From a virus (taxonomy: Duplodnaviria > Caudoviricetes): 25,149 nt of DNA. The position numbers were made by a program, and so were the translations under genes. Numbering within the stretch: the first letter of the stretch is position 1; each line of letters begins with the position of its first letter. The notes below the pieces were generated by a model that saw only the letters and a program-made list of their open reading frames with translations, did not search any database and was not told where the DNA came from. The stretch lies in IMG/VR virus record IMGVR_UViG_3300025191_000003, positions 1 through 25,149 of that record; one strand, given 5' to 3'. Positions 8,838 to 15,950 of this stretch are shown here, piece after piece.

Positions 8838-9219
8838 CTAAATAGGGGGATGCGGAAATAAGTGAGTATTGATTAAATAGTGCCCCATTCAACACTCACT
8901 ATATCCTATGTGTATTTGGCCATTAATCACTCCTCTTGCTGCTCTAGTTCGCTGAGTGCATATTCTGCAACAGAATGGCAATCACCGCATGACAAAACTA
9001 TCATTGGTTCTCCATTTGGCTTTATACCAGCCTCAATAAATGTGTTGTCAGCTTTGCAATAATCGCACACAACTCTTAGCTGAGTGACTATATATCTTGG
9101 TAAATTTTGAGCCATAAGTTCACCTATAAATAAACACTTATTTCCGAATTAATCACTTTTAGTTATAGGGTGAGGAAAAGATTGTTTACACACTCTTTTC
9201 CGAATACCCCCTAAATAGT
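8838..9219 (-). other. Structured mRNA UTRs with complementary 5' and 3' ends flanking the Zn-ribbon ORF
   Basis: 8838-8864 is an imperfect inverted repeat of 9191-9219; 8853-8864 is a perfect 12-bp complement of 9135-9146; local hairpins at 9166-9213 and 8861-8900. Confidence 0.65.
8927..9115 (-). CDS. 62-aa zinc-ribbon-like protein (CDYC-x22-CGDC, acidic tail)
   Basis: SD TAGGTG; two CxxC motifs; own predicted promoter. Confidence 0.7.
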   Translation of the reverse strand: MAQNLPRYIVTQLRVVCDYCKADNTFIEAGIKPNGEPMIVLSCGDCHSVAEYALSELEQQEE

Positions 9220-9244
9220 ATACCGTTACACTTAACTTACACAA
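9217..9244 (-). promoter_or_regulatory. Predicted leftward promoter TTGTGT-16-TATACT
   Basis: -10 is the complement of 9217-9222; predicted +1 (~9211) coincides with the start of the 5' pairing element. Confidence 0.55.
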
Positions 9245-9454
9245 TGAATTGTTTGTTATTTAGAAACACCCACACCAAGCCATTCATGCCACGCATTAAA
9301 CTATAGGGCAGTATTATTGATAGCATTAAAAGACAATAAAATAGGTGCTTAATTCGGGTGATTTTAATAAAAATAAGCGTAAACAGTTACACATAAGTTA
9401 CATAAAAACAAAACCCTGTATTGACTTTATAAAAGCCATATTGCACTATCAATA

Positions 9455-9538
9455 AGCGCCTTGTGCGTAAACATTTACTTTTAAACATGTATTTGTCCTT
9501 TGCTTTTTACCCGCTAGCTTTTGTTAGCGGGTTTTTTA
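9455..9538 (+). ncRNA. Candidate ~85-nt small RNA
   Basis: TTGACT-17-CACTAT (9421-9449) followed closely by an intrinsic terminator, with no SD-led ORF in between. Confidence 0.5.
9509..9538 (+). terminator. Intrinsic terminator
   Basis: ACCCGCTAGC-tttt-GTTAGCGGGT stem plus T-tract. Confidence 0.85.
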
Positions 9539-9615
9539 TTGCCTATCACAAAATCCGCCGTAATTTCCCCCGATGTTTTGGTTGCAAAGAACCGGTTGCA
9601 AAATAAATAAAAAAC

Positions 9616-9638
9616 AACCTCCCCCAATGGGGGAGGTT
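9616..9638. repeat. Perfect 11-1-11 palindrome AACCTCCCCCA-A-TGGGGGAGGTT (leftward terminator or protein-binding site)
   Basis: Read directly; the preceding A-rich tract becomes a T-tract on the minus strand. Confidence 0.8.
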
Positions 9639-9665
9639 AAATACTTAAAATATATTTTATAAAGC

Positions 9666-9693
9666 TTGAAATGTAAAACCAGTTTGCTATTAT
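9666..9693 (+). promoter_or_regulatory. Predicted early promoter TTGAAA-16-TATTAT with extended -10 TG
   Basis: Upstream of the first early gene (SD GGAGAG). Confidence 0.65.
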
Positions 9694-9738
9694 AGCCACA
9701 TCGACAGGTAATAACGCAAAATCAAACGGAGAGTCAAA

Positions 9739-9933
9739 ATGAAAGCAACATTCGTAGGTTACACTGAAATCGACAAGCCAGCACAATTCAAAGTACCAAC
9801 AAAAACTAGAATGATTGGCGGTGTTGAAGTTGTTGAGTTTTACAAATGGTTTGATGTTAACAATGGTGATGATTTCGTAGCTGGCAACGATTATGAAATT
9901 GAAATAATCGAAGGTTACGCAATGGAGGTTTAA
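9739..9933 (+). CDS. Hypothetical early protein
   Basis: SD GGAGAG; coupled to next ORF. Confidence 0.75.
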   Translation: MKATFVGYTEIDKPAQFKVPTKTRMIGGVEVVEFYKWFDVNNGDDFVAGNDYEIEIIEGYAMEV

Positions 9934-10163
9934 TGATTTTAACAGAGCAAGAAATTGAAGATCGAGTGCTGCAATGTGGCGGCACTCACATCAAAAGAAA
10001 CAACCTAAGACGGAAGTTGATCTATAAAAGTAATGATGAAGTTATGGATAGGATCAACAAAATCAAAAAGGAAATAAGAAAACTTAAGGTTGACGGGTTT
10101 AAAGAGCAAGACTTAAGAGGTCTTTACGCAAACATAACTAAATTGGAGTTAATGATTTTATGA
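9933..10163 (+). CDS. Hypothetical protein
   Basis: TAATG coupling, SD GGAGG. Confidence 0.7.
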   Translation: MILTEQEIEDRVLQCGGTHIKRNNLRRKLIYKSNDEVMDRINKIKKEIRKLKVDGFKEQDLRGLYANITKLELMIL

Positions 10164-10399
10164 TTAAAAAATTAATGGGCTTATTTGGTTACAAGGTTTT
10201 TACAAAAGCTGAGTATGAGCAACTTACTGATTCAGTAGTAAGGTGCGGGGCTTACTACAGGTCACTAGTTGATGACGACAACACATACCATCATGGGCAG
10301 CGCTGCGTTACCGTGCCAATTTCTGAGCTGTCAAATATATGCCTGGTTGAGAACTGCATATGGGATGATGTAAAAACAAAGATATCAAAGGGGAAATAA
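10160..10399 (+). CDS. Hypothetical protein
   Basis: ATGA coupling. Confidence 0.7.
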   Translation: MIKKLMGLFGYKVFTKAEYEQLTDSVVRCGAYYRSLVDDDNTYHHGQRCVTVPISELSNICLVENCIWDDVKTKISKGK

Positions 10400-10563
10400 T
10401 GACACCAGCTAAACGTGCCAAAGAGCTTGGCGCTAAATCTCTAAACGAGGTGGCTCAAGTGTTTGGCTGTACGGTGCAAAACCTATCAGCCAAGTTTAAA
10501 TCCAACCCTAAGCAGTTTGACATTATTGTCTTAGGCGTTGTTAGATTGGCAAATAAAATTTAA
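10399..10563 (+). CDS. 54-aa Cro-like HTH protein (MTPAKRAKELGAKSLNEVAQVFGCTVQNLSAKF...), not in the ORF track
   Basis: TAATG coupling, SD AAGGGG, HTH-like pattern LNEVAQVFGCTVQNL. Confidence 0.7.
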   Translation: MTPAKRAKELGAKSLNEVAQVFGCTVQNLSAKFKSNPKQFDIIVLGVVRLANKI

Positions 10564-10645
10564 CCCTTGCAATGCAATGGTCCAAATTTGGATCATCTAT
10601 TTTAAACTAAAAAAGCCGCATCGAAACGCGGCTAACGGAGTAAAA

Positions 10646-11302
10646 ATGACAAATATAATGTTAGCACAAAACCAAACTTTAACAATGACTAGCTTGCAAA
10701 TGGCAGCTCTTACAGGTGTTAGGCATGATAGCGTTAAAAGAACGATACAAAAACTTCATGATAACGGGGTTATATCCAAGCCACAAATTGTGGATGGGAA
10801 AAAGTCGCCCAACGGGGTTGTGGCAAAGCTTTTTTGTTTTGGGAAAAGAGACAGCCTGGTTATTGTTGCTAGGCTGTCGCCAGAATTTACTGCCGCAGTT
10901 GTAGATAGGTGGCAAGATCTTGAAAGCAAGCAGCAACCACAATTACCAAGAAACTTTGCAGAGGCATTGCAACTTGCCGCTGATCAGGCCAAACAATTAG
11001 AGCTGGCCGCGCCTAAAGTTTCATTTGTTAATAACCTTGTGGATAAAAAAACTTTAATGACTGCTACGCAAGTTGCATCCAAGCACAAAATGAGTGCAAT
11101 TAAACTAAATAAAATACTTGATGAACTTGGTGGAATTTACAGTAAAAACGTAAAGCGCAGCCGTGTTTTTATTCAGTCTTTTATTGACAGTGGTTACGGT
11201 GAAATAAAACAAACAAGTGAAGGTTATTCACAGCCACTCTTTACGCCAGCCGGTGAGGTTTATATTTATGAAAAGCTTATAAGCGAAGGAATTGTTAATT
11301 AA
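10646..11302 (+). CDS. rha: Rha-family regulator with KilAC/antirepressor-like C-terminus (start reassigned to ATG 10646)
   Basis: TMTSLQMAALTGVRHDSVKRTI, KRDSLVIVARLSPEFTAAVVDRWQDLE, LPRNFAEALQLAADQ, AAPKVSF; SD GGAG before 10646. Confidence 0.88.
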   Translation: MTNIMLAQNQTLTMTSLQMAALTGVRHDSVKRTIQKLHDNGVISKPQIVDGKKSPNGVVAKLFCFGKRDSLVIVARLSPEFTAAVVDRWQDLESKQQPQLPRNFAEALQLAADQAKQLELAAPKVSFVNNLVDKKTLMTATQVASKHKMSAIKLNKILDELGGIYSKNVKRSRVFIQSFIDSGYGEIKQTSEGYSQPLFTPAGEVYIYEKLISEGIVN

Positions 11303-11466
11303 TTTGAATATGGCGCCATAACGCGCTATATTCTCAGGTGTTGGATAGCGTGACAGCGAAACAACAAAAACCTTTACTAACAAAATCATAATGGGCGAAC
11401 CTGTAGGCTGATTGTTAGCGGCCTCTGTCACCAGTAGTAGCCCACCATCTTAAAAGGTGATGGCCC

Positions 11467-11766
11467 ATGAAAACTGCAAACATAGTATTAGACAGAAACC
11501 TAGCCAAAAACATAGGCTTAAATCAAGCTATCGTATTTCAAAAAATACACGACTTTGCTCCGAACGATGAGCAAGGCTGGGTTGATGGCGACCTTAGTTT
11601 TTTAATTAATTTTTTTCCTTTTTTTGACTTAATTACTTTGAGAAATATTTTAAATGAGCTTGTTGAAGAACGCTTGTTAATATGTTCAGTTCCGCCTAAT
11701 CAAGAGGTAAATCCTAGTTACAGATGCAATTATGAATCTAATTTATTGGATGGAGTGTTGTTATGA
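11467..11766 (+). CDS. Stand-alone wHTH resembling the N-terminal domain of phage replication initiators
   Basis: LAKNIGLNQAIVFQKIH...FPFFD...LNELVEERLL pattern. Confidence 0.55.
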   Translation: MKTANIVLDRNLAKNIGLNQAIVFQKIHDFAPNDEQGWVDGDLSFLINFFPFFDLITLRNILNELVEERLLICSVPPNQEVNPSYRCNYESNLLDGVLL

Positions 11767-12548
11767 GTTTTCAGGCAATGACTTGGGCTGTTGATATAGA
11801 TTTACCAACAAACCAAAAAATGGTTTTGCTTATGCTTGCTAACAGAACAAACCAAGATACAGGGCAGTGTAATCCGTCACATAAGAGGCTTTCAAACGAT
11901 TGCGGTATGAGTATTAGCACTTTAAAAAGATGCATTAAGCAGCTTGAAAAAGGTGGATTTCTAAGCATTATAAGCAAGAAAAACGGTGACGTTAATCTAC
12001 CAAATCAGTATAAGCTGAATATGAACGGGGTGGGTTCACACAGAGCCCACCCAAGTTCACACAGACCTGAGGGGGTGGGTTCACACAGACCTGAGGGGGT
12101 GGGTTCACACAGACCTACAAAACAAGAAGATCTTAACCAAGAAGTTAATAACCAAGAATATAACCATAAAAACAAACAAAATGCGCAGGCGCATACGTCT
12201 CTTGATCACAATAAAGTTTTTGAACATTGGCAAAACGTTCACGGTAAGCAGCAAGCAAAGCTAATCAAAAACCGATTAAGTAAAATTAACGCCAGATTTA
12301 AAGAAGGCTACACGGTTGACCAGCTAAAGCTAGCAATTGATGGCTGCAAGCTAAGTGGTTTTCATATGGGAGAAAATGACAAGGGAACCCCGTACAACGA
12401 TTTAACAACGATTTTAAGAGACGGCGCACAGGTTGAAAAGTTTATAGGCTTAGTTGAGAACCCACCAAAACAACCAGCACGAACGGGCTACCTTAGCAAC
12501 GAGCAGCTAGATTACTCAAAGGGAGTTAAACCAGATGGTACTTTCTAA
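11763..12548 (+). CDS. Replication initiator (lambda O analogue; N-terminal HTH, C-terminal conserved phage domain)
   Basis: KMVLLMLAN...CNPSHKRLSNDCGMSISTLKRCIKQLEKGG; INARFKEGYTVDQLKLAID; internal iterons; followed by a DnaC-like gene. Confidence 0.88.
   Translation: MSFQAMTWAVDIDLPTNQKMVLLMLANRTNQDTGQCNPSHKRLSNDCGMSISTLKRCIKQLEKGGFLSIISKKNGDVNLPNQYKLNMNGVGSHRAHPSSHRPEGVGSHRPEGVGSHRPTKQEDLNQEVNNQEYNHKNKQNAQAHTSLDHNKVFEHWQNVHGKQQAKLIKNRLSKINARFKEGYTVDQLKLAIDGCKLSGFHMGENDKGTPYNDLTTILRDGAQVEKFIGLVENPPKQPARTGYLSNEQLDYSKGVKPDGTF
12027..12181. repeat. Replication origin: four iterons plus A-rich tract
   Basis: GTTCACACAGA at 12034, 12055, 12079 and 12103, then repeated AAC(C)AAGAA in an A-rich stretch. 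Confidence 0.8.
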
Positions 12549-13329
12549 CAAAATTGCAAGCATGTTTAAGCCACTTGATAGCAAGCCAGCACACTGCGAA
12601 AAACACGGCGATTACACATCAAACCTTGTTAAGCTGCCAAACAAACCCGAAGGTGCGTGGAGTGGTTGCGTTCAATGCTTGCAGGATCACGTTAAAGAGC
12701 AAGATCAAAAAATTGCGCTAGAAGCTCAAAAACAACAAGAACAACAGCGCGTAAATAAAGTTTTAGGCCGTGCGGCTATCCCTAAGCGATTTTTAAACCG
12801 TAACCTATCAAACTTTAAGGTTACCAACGAGGGTCAGGCTAAAGCGCTGTCATCGGCCACGCGTTACGCTAACGAGTGGGAGAGCAACCTGCAAGACGGA
12901 CGTTGTTTAATTATGGTTGGTATGCCTGGTACGGGCAAAACACACTTAGCCATTGGCATAGCGTTAGAAGTTATGGAAAAAGGCGACACAGCGATGTTTT
13001 GCAGAGCGCATGAAGCAATAAGCGCCGTAACCGAAACATACAGTCGCGACAGCAAGAAAACAGAACGCCAAGCGCTTGACGAGTTCCGCAAGCCTGACTT
13101 GTTGATCATTGACGAAGTAGGGCGCCAGCGCGGAACCGATAACGAGCGCATGATGTTATTTGAAATTATCAACCGCCGTTACGATGATGAAAAACCAACG
13201 CTATTAATCTCTAATTTAAACCTTGAAAAGCTACGCGGTTACATTGACGCGGCCACAGAGGATAGATTAAGAGAAAGCGGCGGGCGTGTAATTACGTTTG
13301 ATTGGGCAAGTATGCGAGGTGAGTTATGA
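12535..13329 (+). CDS. DnaC/IstB-like helicase loader ATPase
   Basis: CEKHG...CVQC zinc motif, Walker A GMPGTGKT, Walker B LLIIDEVG, IINRRY, ISNL, DRL. Confidence 0.92.
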   Translation: MVLSNKIASMFKPLDSKPAHCEKHGDYTSNLVKLPNKPEGAWSGCVQCLQDHVKEQDQKIALEAQKQQEQQRVNKVLGRAAIPKRFLNRNLSNFKVTNEGQAKALSSATRYANEWESNLQDGRCLIMVGMPGTGKTHLAIGIALEVMEKGDTAMFCRAHEAISAVTETYSRDSKKTERQALDEFRKPDLLIIDEVGRQRGTDNERMMLFEIINRRYDDEKPTLLISNLNLEKLRGYIDAATEDRLRESGGRVITFDWASMRGEL

Positions 13330-13649
13330 TTAATTGGCAAGAAAAAACAGACCCTGAGATTAACAATGCGGTAAAATTAGTTTTAATTTCTAAACATGAA
13401 AAAGAAAGTGATTTTGATAAATTCTTTTTAAAATTATTAAAATGTTCAGATTTAGATTACTGCAATAACCCAGCGTTTTCATGGACTATTATCCAAAGAG
13501 CAAGAATATCGCTGGAATTTCACGGTCGAGATTGTACTGCATCCGCAAGGGTTGCCAAAGGATTATTTATTGATGAGGTGTCAGTGTTTACTCACAAAAA
13601 CCCACTACGAGCTGCAATGATCGTATTTTTAATGATGAATGAAAAATGA
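13326..13649 (+). CDS. ninX: NinX-family phage protein
   Basis: DYCNNP..SW.II...RISL and KNPLRAAMIVFLMM motifs. Confidence 0.8.
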   Translation: MINWQEKTDPEINNAVKLVLISKHEKESDFDKFFLKLLKCSDLDYCNNPAFSWTIIQRARISLEFHGRDCTASARVAKGLFIDEVSVFTHKNPLRAAMIVFLMMNEK

Positions 13650-14008
13650 TTTATCCCACCCATTATTTTTACAGGCGTGGCGTTAGCGATAAAAATTTAA
13701 TTTTGTCGCTAATGGAGCACATACCAGCGCATAAACAAAAAGAAGTATCAGACAAGTATGAAATGCTTTATTTGCAAGACGGGCCAGTAAACGTAACAAA
13801 AGGCCGCAAAGAAGCTAACGAATACTTGCAAACCGTTGCGAACCACTACAAAGGAGAAAGAACGCCCGACGCGTTAGCCGGCCACATGCGTAAAATGCTA
13901 GAAATGGCAAAGGAAAAGCAGGATAAAAAATATCAGTCGGCGGCCAGCGGCGTGATCATTAAAACCGAATTGCCAAAGAATGGCCCACGTATTCAGTTAG
14001 ATTGGTAA
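13646..14008 (+). CDS. Hypothetical protein
   Basis: ATGA coupling; 120 aa. Confidence 0.75.
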   Translation: MIYPTHYFYRRGVSDKNLILSLMEHIPAHKQKEVSDKYEMLYLQDGPVNVTKGRKEANEYLQTVANHYKGERTPDALAGHMRKMLEMAKEKQDKKYQSAASGVIIKTELPKNGPRIQLDW

Positions 14009-14023
14009 AAGTAAAGAGGTAAT

Positions 14024-14272
14024 ATGAAATACAAATTAAAAAGCTTACAAGCGGCTTTAATAAACTTTAAGCGACAATTAGCGTTTGCTATATCGCCAGA
14101 AGTTAAAGCCGAATGCGAGTACAGAAACATTAAAAAGGCGTTTGAGTCTGGCTTTAAAGCGGCCAGAAAGCACAGCTTAGATACAGATAGCCAAACGCAC
14201 TTTAAACTTTATTTAGAAAAAAGCGCGGTTAAAATTAACAAAGCGATTGACACAAACCTGATTAGGTACTAA
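14024..14272 (+). CDS. Hypothetical protein
   Basis: SD AGAGGT. Confidence 0.7.
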   Translation: MKYKLKSLQAALINFKRQLAFAISPEVKAECEYRNIKKAFESGFKAARKHSLDTDSQTHFKLYLEKSAVKINKAIDTNLIRY

Positions 14273-14327
14273 AGTTTAACTTCTGAAATCGTTTAGCTAG
14301 TCACTTTTACAGGTTTGCAGCGCTAAA

Positions 14328-14556
14328 GCCGGACAGCGTAACCGGCAAAACTTTTTTATTAATATTAATTACAGAAAAAGTTTTCTAATTTTTGACAGCC
14401 CGGAAAGACGGGCACGCATCTAAATGACTATTAACGTGCCTAAGGGGTTGGGCAGTTAAAACCGTTAGTAGTCATCTAAATGCGTAAAGGCTTTTGAATT
14501 TAAGTATCAGGCTGGTGTTACCCGCAAGCGTAACTTAATTGAGAATCGGCGCAGCC
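14328..14556 (+). ncRNA. Cluster of structured RNA hairpins in a 320-bp intergenic leader
   Basis: GCCGG-acagcgtaa-CCGGC (14328-14346), GCCCG-gaaaga-CGGGC (14398-14413), a long stem at 14414-14485 and a nested stem at 14510-14556. Confidence 0.5.
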
Positions 14557-14595
14557 ACGCATTAAAAATTACAACCTCAACAAAAAGGCAAAGTT

Positions 14596-14907
14596 ATGAA
14601 AAAAGGTATTTTAGCTAGTGTATTAGCAATGTGTGGTTTGGGCTCTTTTGGTCGTCAAGGTTTTGGCGCCGATATTAACGCAGGTTTTAATGAGCAATTA
14701 CCCAAGCACGTTAAGCGTTATGGTCGTCAAAAAGTAAATAAAAAAGAATTTAAAGGCCGCGAAAAGTTTGATTTAGTACAAAGTAACGGTAATGGTACTG
14801 GATTATTTAAAAGCCGACAAACTGGCGAATATAAAACAATGCAAATTAATGCACGCCATGACTTTACAAAAAGTAATTTAAAACATTACGGATTAGAAAC
14901 AGCTTAA
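14596..14907 (+). CDS. Hypothetical basic protein
   Basis: 103-aa ORF ending before a terminator. Confidence 0.7.
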   Translation: MKKGILASVLAMCGLGSFGRQGFGADINAGFNEQLPKHVKRYGRQKVNKKEFKGREKFDLVQSNGNGTGLFKSRQTGEYKTMQINARHDFTKSNLKHYGLETA

Positions 14908-14933
14908 ATTTATACTTCCCAAAGTGTTACAGC

Positions 14934-14960
14934 AAAAAGCCACCGTTCGGTGGCTTTTTT
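14934..14960. terminator. Bidirectional intrinsic terminator
   Basis: AAAAAGCCACCG-tt-CGGTGGCTTTTTT between convergent genes. Confidence 0.9.
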
Positions 14961-14978
14961 ATTTATATGGTACCAATT

Positions 14979-15518
14979 TTATATGGTACCAATTTTTAAA
15001 AGCTCGTTTCTATCAACCAAGCTTATATTGCAAGGCATTTTTGACGGCCTAAAAATAACAAACATGCTGCCTTTTGTATTTCCGTTAACTTTATTTCCAT
15101 TTATTGGATGGTAAAAGCTTAATCTTCCACCTGTTACTATTCTTATTTCTGATATTTCATCTATTGGTAGCCATTGAGCATCTAATGTTGCAGGTACCAA
15201 TAAAACAGTTGTTAAACCTTTTTGTTTTTGTTCTATAGCCTTTTGCATAAAAGATTTTATAAACCCTTTTCCGTATGGTGGGTTTATCCAAACGTTAAAG
15301 TTTGGCATTTTGCAATCAATTATTTTTTGATACCAGTCAACGCTTAAAGAGTCATCCTCTTTTGTTAAATAGCAACTTGGTACCTTTTTATTTTTTTTGG
15401 AACATGCGGCGTCTAGGGAGAAGTTAAACTCTTTGTTTAGTGCGTTAAAAATTACAGGGTCGGTACCCCAGCTGTTTTTCATGTCGTCTGTTAAATCACT
15501 GCTAATAATGTCGCTCAT
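14979..15518 (-). CDS. dam: Phage DNA N6-adenine methyltransferase (phage Dam family)
   Basis: WGTDPVIF, FSLDAACS, VWINPPY catalytic motif, VLLVPA, GRLSF, GSMFVIF. Confidence 0.9.
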   Translation of the reverse strand: MSDIISSDLTDDMKNSWGTDPVIFNALNKEFNFSLDAACSKKNKKVPSCYLTKEDDSLSVDWYQKIIDCKMPNFNVWINPPYGKGFIKSFMQKAIEQKQKGLTTVLLVPATLDAQWLPIDEISEIRIVTGGRLSFYHPINGNKVNGNTKGSMFVIFRPSKMPCNISLVDRNELLKIGTI

Positions 15519-15520
15519 TT

Positions 15521-15820
15521 TTAATCCTTAATATTGTGCTTTTGCTTAAGTTCTTTAAGTGCTAACTGGCCTAAATTACTGATCCAAACTTGCTGTGGAT
15601 TTGGTCCAGGCTTAATGGTTGGCACTTCATTAATAATTATATCTTTGTTGTTTAATAGCTCATCAAATGCGGCGTTCCGATCAATTGGCAGGTAATGCCT
15701 AACAGTGCGTATAAGGTCGCTTTTTTGCTGGCCACCTTGTTCACTTAAAGATTTTAATACGCGTATTTTTACCGCTTCTACTTTGATTGGTGTTGGTTGT
15801 GGTATTGGTTTTTTATTCAT
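15521..15820 (-). CDS. Putative winged-helix DNA-binding protein
   Basis: RVLKSL...KSDLIR helices and wing-like KPGPNPQQVWISNLGQLAL; co-oriented with dam. Confidence 0.55.
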   Translation of the reverse strand: MNKKPIPQPTPIKVEAVKIRVLKSLSEQGGQQKSDLIRTVRHYLPIDRNAAFDELLNNKDIIINEVPTIKPGPNPQQVWISNLGQLALKELKQKHNIKD

Positions 15821-15854
15821 GCTTTTGCCTTTTATGTTTGCTTTGATGTTTTAG

Positions 15855-15917
15855 AGTTTAGCTGAATAGATAATGTTGTCAATTAATTATTGACAAGGTT
15901 TAAAAAGTACCTATACT
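15855..15917. promoter_or_regulatory. Back-to-back divergent sigma70 promoters
   Basis: Leftward TTGACA (complement of 15877-15882)-16-TAAACT; rightward TTGACA (15890-15895)-16-TATACT. Confidence 0.75.
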
Positions 15918-15950
15918 TACCCGTACCCACTAAAAATAAGGAGTTAAAAA

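Noticed and set aside
8838-9219. MITE/IS or retron flanked by inverted repeats
   Set aside because: Repeats are imperfect with competing internal pairings, there is no transposase or RT, and one end coincides with a predicted TSS, so RNA structure explains it better.
9616-9638. Protelomerase (tel) site of a linear plasmid prophage
   Set aside because: Short GC-rich palindrome with a central spacer base, and no protelomerase gene in the window.
10538-10645. N-terminal extension of Rha from TTG 10538
   Set aside because: Overlaps the Cro-like ORF and a regulatory gap; the SD supports ATG 10646.
12027-12116. CRISPR-like or protein repeat
   Set aside because: No unique spacers; location inside an initiator gene next to an A-rich tract fits iterons.
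9288-14566. 13-bp match GCCACGCATTAAA at 9288 and 14554
   Set aside because: A few 13-mer matches are expected by chance in 25 kb; flanks are unrelated.
14280-14590. tRNA or hammerhead ribozyme in the structured gap
   Set aside because: No TTCGA T-loop/cloverleaf and no CTGATGA...GAAA core found by eye.
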